64,000 bases of DNA from an uncultured Syntrophaceae bacterium. Its GTDB lineage: Bacteria > Desulfobacterota > SM23-61. Where the stretch lies: contig CAZAGD010000130.1 in the NCBI GenBank assembly GCA_964484485.1, positions 339 through 64,338 on the forward strand, read 5' to 3'. A program made the translations under genes and the position numbers. The notes beneath the pieces are model-generated. The model was not told where the DNA came from and did no database searches. It was given only the letters and a program-made list of their open reading frames with translations. Shown piece after piece: positions 28,696 to 39,082 of this stretch; within the stretch, counting starts at the first letter, position 1; each line of letters starts with the position of its first letter.

Positions 28696-29337
28696 TTAAT
28701 TAAATGTTTTTTTCCTTTTAATGATTAAATAAACCAAGACAGCTACACCTGCCATCACAGATAGCAATTTTAGCAAAAAATCAATTCTGGTAAACAATCT
28801 AATCAGCCAGCTAATATTTTCTCCAAAAAAGCAGCCCACGGAAACCAAGACCGGAACCATGATAAGAGCGGCGAAAGTATCATAGAGCAATACCTTTCCT
28901 GGTTTCATACCCATAGTTCCGGCAGCCAAAAAGGCAGCTACGCGGAAACCGGAAAAAAAGCGCGCGATAAAAATAGCTTTGTTCCCATGGGTTGCAAAAA
29001 ATTGCCTGGCCCGTTCTAATCGTTTTTCCGAGAAGATCTTGCGCATCAGGCGGTGAGTAATGATCCCCTGACCCCATTTCCGGCCTATGGAATACAGGGT
29101 CATATCGCCTGCTAAGGCACCCACAAAGATGACCACCATGGTGGGATATAAACGCGTAAACCCTAAATGAACAAAAAAGCCTCCAGCCAATAAAGTTATT
29201 TCTTCGGGAATGGGAAGCCCTAATCCGGAAAGGATAAGGATTAAAAAAAGGCCGGTATAAATGAATTGTTCAGAATAATTGAGTAGAAATATTAGTGAAT
29301 CGGGCAAGGCTTTTCCGCTCCTTCTGAGATAGGTCAA
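28696..29337 (-). CDS. DedA family membrane protein
   Basis: GLPIPEEITL, GDMTLYSIGR, FIARFFSGFR; start uncertain. Confidence 0.88.
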   Translation of the reverse strand: MTYLRRSGKALPDSLIFLLNYSEQFIYTGLFLILILSGLGLPIPEEITLLAGGFFVHLGFTRLYPTMVVIFVGALAGDMTLYSIGRKWGQGIITHRLMRKIFSEKRLERARQFFATHGNKAIFIARFFSGFRVAAFLAAGTMGMKPGKVLLYDTFAALIMVPVLVSVGCFFGENISWLIRLFTRIDFLLKLLSVMAGVAVLVYLIIKRKKTFN

Positions 29338-29360
29338 TTAGGAAAGAGATTTGCAGAAGG

Positions 29361-29669
29361 TCAGGAAATATTTTGTTTTTCATCACTTTCTCCTGAGACG
29401 CTTGGCATCTTTATCTCGTGTTCTAATTCTTTCATTCTTTTCTTCAATTTCTTGGCTTCTCCTTGTAATCTCCTCCTTTCTCCCCAACCCATGGAAAACC
29501 CTATTGTTGATCCGATTAATAAGGAAATAATGATTAATAAAAATAAAGGAAATGGTCCAGTGCTCCAACCCAAAAAGTAACGGAGAACGATTTCCTGGCG
29601 ATTTAAAGAGCAAAATGTTGCTCCAATGATTAAAAGTAAAATAAGTAGAAAAATTTTTATTAAAGTCAA
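29361..29669 (-). CDS. LapA (lipopolysaccharide assembly protein A)-like membrane protein
   Basis: TM segment, LNRQEIVLRYF, second TM segment, C-terminal coiled coil. Confidence 0.7.
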   Translation of the reverse strand: MTLIKIFLLILLLIIGATFCSLNRQEIVLRYFLGWSTGPFPLFLLIIISLLIGSTIGFSMGWGERRRLQGEAKKLKKRMKELEHEIKMPSVSGESDEKQNIS

Positions 29670-29750
29670 AATTATTACCTTTACTCTGTTTCGCTGAATT
29701 TTTTTTAAGATATCAGGAGTTTTAAATGAATGTCAATCTTTTTCTAAATC

Positions 29751-29864
29751 TTGAACCTTGATCATTTTTGAAATTTCTGCCTAATTCAGGCGGAAGGAAG
29801 AGAGTCTTTCATCCTTCCGTCTTTTCCCTGTTGGTAAGAAATAATAAAACTGTTAGACGGTCAG
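29751..29864. mobile_element. Full-length about 114-bp CTGACCGTC-family MITE
   Basis: Colinear with the reverse complement of 44700-44814; ends ttgaaccttgatca and tagacggtcag. Confidence 0.7.
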
Positions 29865-29876
29865 TTTTTTTCGTCA

Positions 29877-29905
29877 TTGTTTTATCAAAAATTTTATGTT
29901 ATATA
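29877..29905 (+). promoter_or_regulatory. Putative sigma70 promoter of the second peptide ABC cluster
   Basis: TTGTTT-17 bp-TATATA with an extended TG. Confidence 0.5.
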
Positions 29906-29976
29906 AAATCCTTAATTTTTTATAAAAATTGTGATAATAAAAATAGATGATCAATTTTTATAAATAGGTAGGGAAT

Positions 29977-30894
29977 TTGAAGGCTTATATTATCAAACGA
30001 CTGTTTCATTCAATCTTCGTTCTCATCGGTATATCCATAGTCGTTTTTATTATCCTCCATTTAACGGGTGATCCAGCAGCTTTACTTATGCCTATGGATG
30101 CTACGCCTGAACAGGTGGCCCAGTTCCGGCAAGAAATGGGGTTCAATGATCCTTTGATCGTCCAATATTGGCGGTTTTTCAAGGGGACCTTGCGGGGGGA
30201 TTTTGGGCAGTCTTTCCGGCACAATCAGCCCGCGTTGAGCTTAGTATTAGAACGTATGCCCGCTACTATTCAACTTACTTTAGCGGCTTTAGCGATTGCT
30301 CTCATCATCGCTATCCCAGTGGGTATTATTTCGGCCATAAAAAGAAATTCCCTATTGGACCATATTGGCATGACTGGAGCGCTCTTAGGGCAATCAACGC
30401 CGGTGTTCTGGTTAGGAGTTATGCTTATTTTAATCTTCTCCGTTATCTTACAATGGTTTCCTTCTTCGGGGCGAGGGGGCATCGAGAATTTGGTTCTGCC
30501 GGCCATTACTTTAGGTATGTATAGCATGGCCCGCACAGCCCGCATGATGCGGTCCAGTATGTTGGAAGTTTTGGGGCAAGAGTACATGAAGACGGCTAAA
30601 GCTAAGGGTTTAAGCCCCCAAATGGTTATTTTAAAACATGCTTTAAAGAATGCCTCTATTCCTGTAGTCACGATTGTAGGTATGGAATTGGGGACACTTT
30701 TAGGAGGAGCAGTAATAACCGAGACCATCTTTGCTTGGCCGGGTGTGGGGCGATTGGCTGTGCAGGCTATTTATAATCGCGATTATCCAGTAGTGCAAGC
30801 GGCCGTATTTATTCTGGCCTCTATTTTTGTATTGGTAAACCTCCTGGTAGATATAATTTATACTTATCTTGATCCGCGGGTTAAGCTGGGATAA
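29977..30894 (+). CDS. Peptide ABC permease (DppB/NikB-like)
   Basis: GDFGQSF, YMKTAKAKGL, ETIFAWPG, LDPRV; TTG start. Confidence 0.9.
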   Translation: MKAYIIKRLFHSIFVLIGISIVVFIILHLTGDPAALLMPMDATPEQVAQFRQEMGFNDPLIVQYWRFFKGTLRGDFGQSFRHNQPALSLVLERMPATIQLTLAALAIALIIAIPVGIISAIKRNSLLDHIGMTGALLGQSTPVFWLGVMLILIFSVILQWFPSSGRGGIENLVLPAITLGMYSMARTARMMRSSMLEVLGQEYMKTAKAKGLSPQMVILKHALKNASIPVVTIVGMELGTLLGGAVITETIFAWPGVGRLAVQAIYNRDYPVVQAAVFILASIFVLVNLLVDIIYTYLDPRVKLG

Positions 30895-30906
30895 GAGGAT
30901 TGGGCA

Positions 30907-31824
30907 ATGCAAATTTTTGAACAAGCCGCTAAATCCTTAGATTTTCTTACCGAAGAACGCCGGGCTATGCGGTGGCGCAAAATATGGCGCAAATTATTGG
31001 AAAATAAAGGGGCGGTCTTTGGTTTAATTATGGTCTTAGGAGTAATTTTTGCGAGTATCTTTGCTCCTCTTATTTCGCCCCATGACCCCATTTTGCAAGA
31101 TGTAGAAAAACGTCTTCTACCGCCTTTTTGGCAAGCGGGATCTGACCCAGCCTATATATTAGGAACAGATCATCTGGGCCGAGATATTCTTAGTCGCCTG
31201 ATTTATGGAGCCCGTATTTCTTTGGTTATCAGCACTTCGGCCGTGGCCTTTTCAGCAATTTTAGGCACCATGATTGGACTGCTTTCCGGATTTTATGGTG
31301 GGAAAATAGATAATATTTTTATGCGCTTGGCTGATGTTCAGTTAGCCTTTCCTTTTATCCTTCTGGCTATCGCCATTATTGCTGTTCTGGGGCCCAATTT
31401 ACAAAATATAATCATAGTGATGGGCATTACCGGCTGGGTAATTTATGCGCGCGTAATTCGCGCGGAGGTACTCTCTTTGCGAGAAAAAGAATTTATAACT
31501 TCTATAAAAGCCTTGGGGGGATCAAATAGCCGGATCATTTTTAAACATTTATTTCCTAATGTGGTTCCACCTTGCATAGTTATTATTTCTTTAGAGATGG
31601 CCCGCATGATCATTATGGAATCGGCCTTGAGTTTTTTAGGGTTGGGGATTCAACCCCCTACGCCTACTTGGGGCGGAATGTTGGCGGATGGCCGAGTTTA
31701 TCTTTTTACTTCTTGGTGGCTGGCCACTTTCCCTGGGTTAGTAATTATGTTAGTTGTTTTGGGAATTAATCTTTTAGGTAACTGGATGCGGGACATTTTA
31801 GATCCGCGGTTGACGCAGTTATAA
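30907..31824 (+). CDS. Peptide ABC permease (DppC-like)
   Basis: LGTDHLGRD, HLFPN, SFLGLG, RDILDP. Confidence 0.9.
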   Translation: MQIFEQAAKSLDFLTEERRAMRWRKIWRKLLENKGAVFGLIMVLGVIFASIFAPLISPHDPILQDVEKRLLPPFWQAGSDPAYILGTDHLGRDILSRLIYGARISLVISTSAVAFSAILGTMIGLLSGFYGGKIDNIFMRLADVQLAFPFILLAIAIIAVLGPNLQNIIIVMGITGWVIYARVIRAEVLSLREKEFITSIKALGGSNSRIIFKHLFPNVVPPCIVIISLEMARMIIMESALSFLGLGIQPPTPTWGGMLADGRVYLFTSWWLATFPGLVIMLVVLGINLLGNWMRDILDPRLTQL

Positions 31825-32075
31825 GATTTTTATTAAACTCAGAGGACCCAGCGCGGCAAAGCCGAAATCAAAATTTATTTTTCGGAGAGCCCACAGAGAA
31901 CGTAGAGGAAATTTTATTTTTTAATAATTTTATTTATTTCTTTCTCGGGGCGCTCAGCGAGGTCTGGGAGAGTCATTTATTTTCTTAATAAAATTTAAAG
32001 GGTTTGCAAGTATGTACTTCAGAGAGCTAAGAGTGAAAAAAGCTCTAAAAAATAAATTCTTAAAAAGGAGGAATT

Positions 32076-33590
32076 ATGAAAAAGGCATGGTTTGGTTTTT
32101 TAATTTTAGTTTTGGTCTTTGGTGGCCTTGGCTTAGGTGTTGGCGAGGGTAGGGATAAAGATACTCTGGTAATTGCGCAAGGAGTAGACCCTACAACCAT
32201 GGATCCCCATAACCATATGGAAACGCCAGCATGGAATGTTCACCTCCATCTTTTCGATACTTTGCTCCAAAGAGATCCTAACATGAAACCTGAAAAGCTT
32301 TTAGCGGAGTCCTATAGGTTAGTAAATGAGACTACCTGGGAGTTCAAAATTCGCAAAGGAGTGAAGTTTCACAACGGCGAGGATTTGACCGCTGCTTGCT
32401 TTAAATTGGCTTTAGAACGTATGGCTGATCCCAAACAGAAACTGCGCCAGACAGTCTTTCAGGGGGTAATTGAGAGAGTAGAGGTGCTAGATGACTACAC
32501 CTTCAGAATTATAACCAAAGCTCCTTACCCAGTAATGGAAGCTATTCTCTGTATTTATGGACAACCCCTGCCCATAAAATATTTTCAAGAAAAGGGGCCT
32601 GCCCATTTTGCTTTAAACCCAGTGGGCACAGGGCCTTATAAATTCGTGCGCTGGGTAAAGGATGATCATATTCTACTCGAAGCCAATGATAAATATTTCC
32701 GGGGAGCTCCCAAAATTAAGAAAATTATCTTCCGTCCTATCCCCGAAGCGACTACGAGAGTTGCCGCCTTGCAAACCGGCGAAGCAGATATTGTGGTCAA
32801 TATACCTCCGCATCTTTCGCGACTTATGGATTGGAAAGGACGCTCGTTTGTATCTAAAGTACCCAGCGTCCGGGTTATTTTCATGGCTTTTGATACTTTA
32901 AAAGGCGGACCAGTAGCTGATAAGAGAGTACGGCAAGCTATTGCTATGGGCGTAGATATGAAGACGAACATTAAAAAAGTTTTGGAAGGGAATGGAATTA
33001 TTTTGGGGTCACCCTTAACTCCTAACCATTTTGGTTATGATCCCAATATTAAACCTTATGAATACGATCCAGAAAAAGCCAAAAAGCTTTTGGCGGAAGC
33101 CGGCTATGCTAAGGGCTTTGACTTTGTTATTAATTCGCCAAGCGGAAGATATTTAATGGACAAAGAAATGGCCGAAGCGGTAGCGGGTGATTTAAGAAAG
33201 ATTGGTATTAATGCCACCGTACGAACTCACGAATGGGGTACTTATATGAACATGATGTATTCCCATAACGCTGCTCCTGCTTACCTTCTTGGTTGGGGGA
33301 ATACCAGTTTTGATGCTGATTTTACTATTGCTCCCCTAATGCGCACCGGTAAATTACTTTCCAATGTCTCCTTCCCTAAGCTCGATGAGCTTATCGATCA
33401 AGGGATTACTACCATGGATAAGAATAAACGCCTCAAGATTTACTCCGAAGCTTTAAAGGTTATTAAAGAAGAAGTGCCCTGGGCGTGGACTTATCAGCAG
33501 ATCGATATTTACGGAGTAAGCGAAAGGTTGAATTGGAAAGCGCGTACGGATGAACGTTTGGTTGGTTTTGATATGTCCTTTAAAAAATAA
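32076..33590 (+). CDS. Peptide ABC substrate-binding protein (family 5)
   Basis: TMDPH, LAESY, IRKGVKFHNG, GTGPYKF, VRQAIA. Confidence 0.9.
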   Translation: MKKAWFGFLILVLVFGGLGLGVGEGRDKDTLVIAQGVDPTTMDPHNHMETPAWNVHLHLFDTLLQRDPNMKPEKLLAESYRLVNETTWEFKIRKGVKFHNGEDLTAACFKLALERMADPKQKLRQTVFQGVIERVEVLDDYTFRIITKAPYPVMEAILCIYGQPLPIKYFQEKGPAHFALNPVGTGPYKFVRWVKDDHILLEANDKYFRGAPKIKKIIFRPIPEATTRVAALQTGEADIVVNIPPHLSRLMDWKGRSFVSKVPSVRVIFMAFDTLKGGPVADKRVRQAIAMGVDMKTNIKKVLEGNGIILGSPLTPNHFGYDPNIKPYEYDPEKAKKLLAEAGYAKGFDFVINSPSGRYLMDKEMAEAVAGDLRKIGINATVRTHEWGTYMNMMYSHNAAPAYLLGWGNTSFDADFTIAPLMRTGKLLSNVSFPKLDELIDQGITTMDKNKRLKIYSEALKVIKEEVPWAWTYQQIDIYGVSERLNWKARTDERLVGFDMSFKK

Positions 33591-33598
33591 GAAGTAAT

Positions 33599-33637
33599 TT
33601 CAGGGGTGGCTAGAAGCGCCATCCCTGAATCTCTTTA
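33599..33637 (+). terminator. Putative intrinsic terminator
   Basis: ttcaggggtggc / gccatccctgaa stem followed by tctcttt. Confidence 0.55.
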
Positions 33638-33647
33638 TAAATGATTA

Positions 33648-34388
33648 ATGGATGGTCAGCGCAATTTCGAGTGGTCAGCTTTCCTGAGGGCGTTATTTTT
33701 AATCCTCTCCGCTGTTATTTTCACCGCCATTCTCTTCCTACCCGCATTGGCCAGTTGTTTCATAGATAGATCAGGGAAATGGCCTTCTTTTTTCCAAAAG
33801 CTTTGGGTTAATTGGTTACTTTGGGCCAATAGGATTCGCTTGCAAGTTTCGGGATTAGAAAATTTGTGCCTCAATGAAGCTTATATCTTGGTCTCCAACC
33901 ATGCCAGCATTTTAGATATTCCGGCCATAATTTCGGCCTGTCCTTTTCCGGTGCGCTTTCTGGCCAAGAAGTCGCTTATTTGGTTTCCCATATTTGGTTG
34001 GTTTCTTTATCTGGCGGAGCATATATTAATCGATCGAGAAAGTGCCCAATCGGCCTTAAAAAGTCTGAAGAAAGCGGCCGGTATTTTGAAAAAGGGAATA
34101 TCCATAATTGTTTTTCCGGAAGGGACACGCACACCCGATGGCCATGTTAAAGAATTTAAAAGAGGGGCATTTCTTTTGGCTCAGCATGCTAAATTCCCTA
34201 TAGTTCCCCTTTCCATCAGCGGCAGTTTTCGAATGCTTCCGCGACATGGCTGGTGTTTTTGGCCCGGGACTATTTCCATACATATAGATCAACCTATCCC
34301 CACTAAAAACCTCCCTCCTGCTGAGGCGAAGACTTTGATGGAAAAAGTGCGCGAGACCATCATGAGAAATCTGCCCTATGCTCCCTAA
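33648..34388 (+). CDS. plsC: 1-acyl-sn-glycerol-3-phosphate acyltransferase
   Basis: NHASILD (HX4D), FLAKK, IDR, FPEGTR. Confidence 0.88.
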   Translation: MDGQRNFEWSAFLRALFLILSAVIFTAILFLPALASCFIDRSGKWPSFFQKLWVNWLLWANRIRLQVSGLENLCLNEAYILVSNHASILDIPAIISACPFPVRFLAKKSLIWFPIFGWFLYLAEHILIDRESAQSALKSLKKAAGILKKGISIIVFPEGTRTPDGHVKEFKRGAFLLAQHAKFPIVPLSISGSFRMLPRHGWCFWPGTISIHIDQPIPTKNLPPAEAKTLMEKVRETIMRNLPYAP

Positions 34389-34433
34389 TAAAGGACTGCC
34401 TCTGACCATTTCAGCCAAGGTTAGCCCATTTTC

Positions 34434-34667
34434 ATTAATGGGAGCAATTAAATATTTACGATTATCATCCTTACCTTCCCCCATGGTCTGGTCTTATGGA
34501 TTTTTTCCAATGAGATCGTGGCATAAATCGCCATAAGAAATTAAACCAAAGGCGGCAAGGGTCAAGCCCTTGCCCTACATTTGAGATTTTTTAATTTCTC
34601 GTAGGGCAAGTCCTTGGGGCTGGCCGAACTCGCCTCAAGATGTCATTTATTTTATATTCCCATTAAT
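34434..34667. mobile_element. About 234-bp non-autonomous element with ATTAATGGGA termini enclosing a REP doublet
   Basis: attaatgggagcaattaaat at the left and atttattttatattcccattaat at the right are inverted. Internal ggcaagggtcaagcccttgccctac and gtagggcaagtccttggggctggcc. Confidence 0.65.
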
Positions 34668-34774
34668 AATTAAGGTGTAGCCGCGCTGGGGAGAGGGATG
34701 TTAGGGGAACATTAAAATTTCCTTTTTAATTTTAAAAACCTAACTCTGCAGTTAGAGATTGCGGGGTTTGTTAG

Positions 34775-34803
34775 TTGCCTCTGTCCATGGCCTGTGGTAT
34801 TAT
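34775..34803 (+). promoter_or_regulatory. Putative promoter of ftsK-lolA-rimO
   Basis: TTGCCT-17 bp-TATTAT with an extended TG, 8 nt before ATG 34812. Confidence 0.5.
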
Positions 34804-34811
34804 TTAAACAA

Positions 34812-37013
34812 ATGGCTAAAAAAACCTTGGGAGAAAGTAATTTAAAAAGAGAAATCCTGGGAATTCTCCTTGCCGCTTTAGGTATTATTTTAACTCTTAG
34901 TCTCCTATCTTTTAATCCCCATGATCCATCCTTCAATAATCAACCTTCTGAACCACGCCAACCAACCAACTTAATTGGTTTAGCAGGGTCGTATATTGCG
35001 GACATTTGCTTCCAAATTTTTGGTTGGCCCGCCTTTATTTGGCCCATATTACTGTTTATTTTGGCTTTTAGATCTTTTCAGCAAGAAGTCAAACCATTTA
35101 CAGGAATTAAGCTTGCGGCCTTTGGGGGTCTTTTTTTAGCAGGGATGGGCGTGCTTTCTTTATTTGTCGGTAAAATTAGTTTCCAGGGCATCCTATTAGA
35201 GAGTGGTGGGGCTTTAGGGTATTTTTTGGGGAGGATAGCGGAAAGATATTTAAATATCAGTGGTGCATATCTCTTGTTTGCAGTAGTGCTGATCATCTCG
35301 CTTATGGTTTTGACTAACCTCTCTTGGATCGAAATTGGGCGGGCCTTAGTTTTTTTTGGCCAATCCATCTTTAAAAAAATGACCAATTTAAGTAAAAGCT
35401 GGCGCAGAAAGAGAGAAAAAAAGCCTAAACCAGCTGACCGCGAGGACCAGAAGGAAGTTCCTTTGATTATAAAGAAGGAACCCCCAGAGCAGCCTCCGCC
35501 CATCCCGGAAAAGCAAGAGCACTTTACTTTTCTCGATTCGCGCGGATCCTATGTGCTACCCCCTTTATCTTTATTGGAAGATCCGGAACAAAAAGAAATA
35601 AAAATTGATAAAGATAGTCTCCTGGCTAATGCCAAGATTTTAGAAAAACGTTTGGCCGAGTTTGGCGTAGAAGGAAAAGTGGTCGAGGTTCGTCCCGGTC
35701 CAGTTATAACTATGTATGAATATGAACCTGCGCCGGGAGTTAAAATTAACAAAATCGTCAGCTTGAGTGATGATTTAGCCTTAGCTCTGCGTGCCATTAG
35801 CGTCCGCATCGTCGCCCCCATTCCAGGTAAAGCAGCCGTGGGTATTGAAATTCCTAATTCCATCCGCGAGCCCGTTTATTTAAAAGACATCCTGGCCAGT
35901 GAAGAATTTACTAACTCAGAATCAAAACTTACTTTGGCTTTGGGTAAAGATATCTTCGGTACGCCTTTTGTTACTAACTTAGCCAAGATGCCCCACCTCT
36001 TAGTTGCTGGAGCCACGGGCACAGGAAAAAGCGTTTCGCTTAATTCTATGGTCTGCAGTATTCTTTATAAAGCTGATCCAGAAGAAGTTAAATTTTTAAT
36101 GATCGACCCCAAGCGCTTGGAACTCTCGGTCTATGATGGTATTCCCCATTTACTTCATCCGGTGGTTTATGATCCTAAAGCAGCGGCCCAAGTCCTCCGG
36201 TGGGCGACCGAAGAGATGGAGATTCGCTATCGCTTGATGGCCGAAAAGGGGGTACGGAATATTGAGCGGTATAATCAAAAAGTAGATAAAGAGTTAAAAG
36301 AGGCGCGCAAAAAAGGAGGAATTCTTTTGCCAGAGACAGAAGGACTGGAGGAAAGAACCGGAGAGAATTTGACCCTGCTCCCTTTTATTGTAATAGTCAT
36401 CGATGAATTAGCTGATTTGATGATGGTCTCAGCCCGCGATGTGGAAGCCTCTTTAACTCGTTTAGCCCAGATGGCCCGGGCGGCGGGGATTCATTTGTTG
36501 ATCGCTACCCAAAGGCCTTCCGTAGATGTACTCACGGGCGTGATCAAAGCGAATTTTCCCACCCGCATCTCCTTCCAGGTTTCCTCGAAGACTGATTCGC
36601 GCACGATCTTAGACGCTAACGGCGCGGAACATCTTTTGGGTTCCGGAGATATGCTTTTTCTTCCGCCGGGAACTTCGCGCTTGGTGCGGGTCCATGGAGC
36701 CTATGTTTCGGAAGTGGAAATTTTAAGAGTGGTGGAGTTCTGGAAGAAACAAGCTAAACCAGTTTATGATCACACTATTTTAAAGCCCAAAGAAGAAACG
36801 GTGGAAACCGAAGCTGATGGCTATGATGAAATGTATGACCAGGCCGTGGCCCTGGTGGCCGAGTCCAGGCAAGCTTCCATTTCTATGTTGCAAAGAAGGC
36901 TGAGGGTTGGCTACAATAGGGCGGCGCGGATGATCGAAAGAATGGAAAAAGAAGGAATCGTTGGACCGGCCGATGGCAGCAAACCCCGCGAAGTATATAT
37001 TAAAAAATTATGA
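34812..37013 (+). CDS. ftsK: DNA translocase FtsK
   Basis: 4-TM N-terminus, GATGTGKS Walker A, IDELADLM, ATQRPS, gamma domain SISMLQRRLRVGYNRAAR. Confidence 0.96.
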   Translation: MAKKTLGESNLKREILGILLAALGIILTLSLLSFNPHDPSFNNQPSEPRQPTNLIGLAGSYIADICFQIFGWPAFIWPILLFILAFRSFQQEVKPFTGIKLAAFGGLFLAGMGVLSLFVGKISFQGILLESGGALGYFLGRIAERYLNISGAYLLFAVVLIISLMVLTNLSWIEIGRALVFFGQSIFKKMTNLSKSWRRKREKKPKPADREDQKEVPLIIKKEPPEQPPPIPEKQEHFTFLDSRGSYVLPPLSLLEDPEQKEIKIDKDSLLANAKILEKRLAEFGVEGKVVEVRPGPVITMYEYEPAPGVKINKIVSLSDDLALALRAISVRIVAPIPGKAAVGIEIPNSIREPVYLKDILASEEFTNSESKLTLALGKDIFGTPFVTNLAKMPHLLVAGATGTGKSVSLNSMVCSILYKADPEEVKFLMIDPKRLELSVYDGIPHLLHPVVYDPKAAAQVLRWATEEMEIRYRLMAEKGVRNIERYNQKVDKELKEARKKGGILLPETEGLEERTGENLTLLPFIVIVIDELADLMMVSARDVEASLTRLAQMARAAGIHLLIATQRPSVDVLTGVIKANFPTRISFQVSSKTDSRTILDANGAEHLLGSGDMLFLPPGTSRLVRVHGAYVSEVEILRVVEFWKKQAKPVYDHTILKPKEETVETEADGYDEMYDQAVALVAESRQASISMLQRRLRVGYNRAARMIERMEKEGIVGPADGSKPREVYIKKL

Positions 37014-37038
37014 AAAATAGGTAAAAGAGAGTGTTTAT

Positions 37039-37710
37039 ATGTTCAGGAAAATGAGCATATTAGTTGTGCTGATTTCCATACTGGTTTGGCCATGGTTAGT
37101 CCAAGGGCAAGTTCTATCTTTGGAAGAAGTAGTAGCAAAAATTCAAGAACAATACGAAAATAATCAAGACTTTCAAGCTAATTTCCAGCAGGAGTCTTTT
37201 TTAAAAAGTTTAGGGCGGAAACAGGAAGCAGCCGGAGTGGTATATTTCAAAAAACCCGGGAAGATGCGCTGGATTTATCAAAAGCCCACCAAGCAAGAGA
37301 TTATTTCTGATGGGCAGAATCTGTGGAACTATCGGCCAGAAGAAAAACAGGTCATTGTGTCGCCTATGAGCCAGGCCTTTCAGTCTAAAGCCCCCCAAAC
37401 TTTTCTGGCCGGGTTAGGCAATTTGCAAAAAGATTTCCGGACCCGCTTCCTTAAAGATCCTTCCGCGGGAGCCAATTACGCCCTGGAGTTCACTCCTGTA
37501 GAAAACCAGGGAAGTTTGGAAAAGCTTTTTTTGCTGGTGGAGAAGGGAAGTTTTAAAATTATCCAGGCCCAAATCCAGGATGCCATGGGGAATATAACAA
37601 CCATTAACTTTTCTAAGGTCAAATTCAATAATAAACTCTCCGATGCCCTCTTTCACTTCACACCTCCGGCGGGAGTAGAAGTCTTTAAAATGCCCGGGAG
37701 AACGCGCTAA
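37039..37710 (+). CDS. lolA: Outer-membrane lipoprotein carrier
   Basis: Signal peptide, ANFQQ, KKPGKMRW, SDG, FHFTPP; synteny after ftsK. Confidence 0.9.
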   Translation: MFRKMSILVVLISILVWPWLVQGQVLSLEEVVAKIQEQYENNQDFQANFQQESFLKSLGRKQEAAGVVYFKKPGKMRWIYQKPTKQEIISDGQNLWNYRPEEKQVIVSPMSQAFQSKAPQTFLAGLGNLQKDFRTRFLKDPSAGANYALEFTPVENQGSLEKLFLLVEKGSFKIIQAQIQDAMGNITTINFSKVKFNNKLSDALFHFTPPAGVEVFKMPGRTR

Positions 37711-37720
37711 TTTGCGGCTT

Positions 37721-39079
37721 ATGAAAAATTTTTCCAAAACCGTCCATTTGTTAAGCTTGGGGTGTGCCAAAAATTTAGTAGATAGTGAAGTAATGCTTGG
37801 CCTTTTAAGAGAGGAGGGATGGATTCCCTCTCCCCATGGCCGAGCTACCGTAGCGATTATTAATACATGTGCTTTTATCAAAGAAGCCAAGATGGAATCA
37901 TTGACGGCCATTCTGGAGGCAACCCAAGCTAAAGAAAGAGGTCAGTATGAATATTTAGTAGTGACCGGATGTCTTCCACAACGTTATAAATCCACTCTGG
38001 TTCAAGAGCTCCCCGAGGTTGATCTATTCTTAGGTTTAGAATATATCCCGCAACTGGCGAAATTTCTTAATAAGCTCATGCAAAAAAAACTTCCGCGCCG
38101 AGAATTTGTAAGGCGGCCTACTTTTTTATATGACCACCAAACGCCTCGTCTCTTATCTACTGCTCCGGGAAGCGCTTATATAAAGATTGCTGAAGGATGC
38201 GCCAATTGCTGTGCTTATTGCGTGATTCCGCAAATTCGCGGGGAATTGCGCAGCCGGAAAATTAGCTCGGTGATTGAGGAGGCTGAATGGCTCGTTGGCC
38301 AAGGCGTAAAAGAGATAAATCTTATTGCCCAAGATATAACTAACTATGGCCGCGATCTTCGGCGAAGCGGCGATTTAACAAATTTATTAAGAAGATTGGT
38401 GAAGGTTCCTGGCCTTAAGTGGATTCGTCTCCTTTATGCTCATCCAGCCCATATCGATAACAATTTAATTTCCGTGATCAAAGAGGAAGAAAAGATTTGT
38501 AAATATCTCGATTTACCTCTGCAACATATTGATGACCAAATTTTAACCGCCATGAATAGGCCTTATACCAGCGTTAAGGTATGGCAACTTTTAGAGCGGA
38601 TTAGAAAAGAAGTGCCCGAAATGGTGCTGCGTACTTCTTTGATCGTCGGTTTTCCAGGGGAGACAGAAAAGAAATTTCAAAGATTGCTTGATTTTGTAAA
38701 AGAAGCACAGTTCGATCATTTAGGAGTTTTTATTTATTCGCGCGAAGAAGGCACTCCAGCAGCTTATCTAAAAGGACATGTTCCAGAAAGAGTTAAGGAA
38801 GAACGGTATCGGCAGATCATGCTGGCCCAGAGGAGGATTTCTTGGCGCAAGCAGAAGGAAAAAGTGGGGCGCGTCATGGAAGTTTTAATTGAGGAACCAG
38901 CAAAGAAGAAAGGTATTTTATGGCAGGGAAGAACTCCCGGCCAAGCCCCAGAAGTGGACGGAGTTACTTTCCTAAATAAAGGAAAAGCAGCTCGGGGAGA
39001 AATAAAGAGAGTATTAATTACCAAAGCTACAGCTTATGACCTATATGGCGAAATCCTTGACGCAGATGAAGGGGCGTAA
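37721..39079 (+). CDS. rimO: Ribosomal protein S12 methylthiotransferase
   Basis: SLGCAKNLVDSE, INTCAFI, GCLPQRY, CANCCAYC radical SAM motif, APEVDG TRAM domain. Confidence 0.95.
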   Translation: MKNFSKTVHLLSLGCAKNLVDSEVMLGLLREEGWIPSPHGRATVAIINTCAFIKEAKMESLTAILEATQAKERGQYEYLVVTGCLPQRYKSTLVQELPEVDLFLGLEYIPQLAKFLNKLMQKKLPRREFVRRPTFLYDHQTPRLLSTAPGSAYIKIAEGCANCCAYCVIPQIRGELRSRKISSVIEEAEWLVGQGVKEINLIAQDITNYGRDLRRSGDLTNLLRRLVKVPGLKWIRLLYAHPAHIDNNLISVIKEEEKICKYLDLPLQHIDDQILTAMNRPYTSVKVWQLLERIRKEVPEMVLRTSLIVGFPGETEKKFQRLLDFVKEAQFDHLGVFIYSREEGTPAAYLKGHVPERVKEERYRQIMLAQRRISWRKQKEKVGRVMEVLIEEPAKKKGILWQGRTPGQAPEVDGVTFLNKGKAARGEIKRVLITKATAYDLYGEILDADEGA

Positions 39080-39082
39080 AGT

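Noticed and set aside
34402-34755. Outer CTGACC-family element enclosing the ATTAAT element
   Set aside because: The ends ctgaccatt and tgcagttag are too degenerate, and the TTGTTA 12 bp downstream has no -10 partner.
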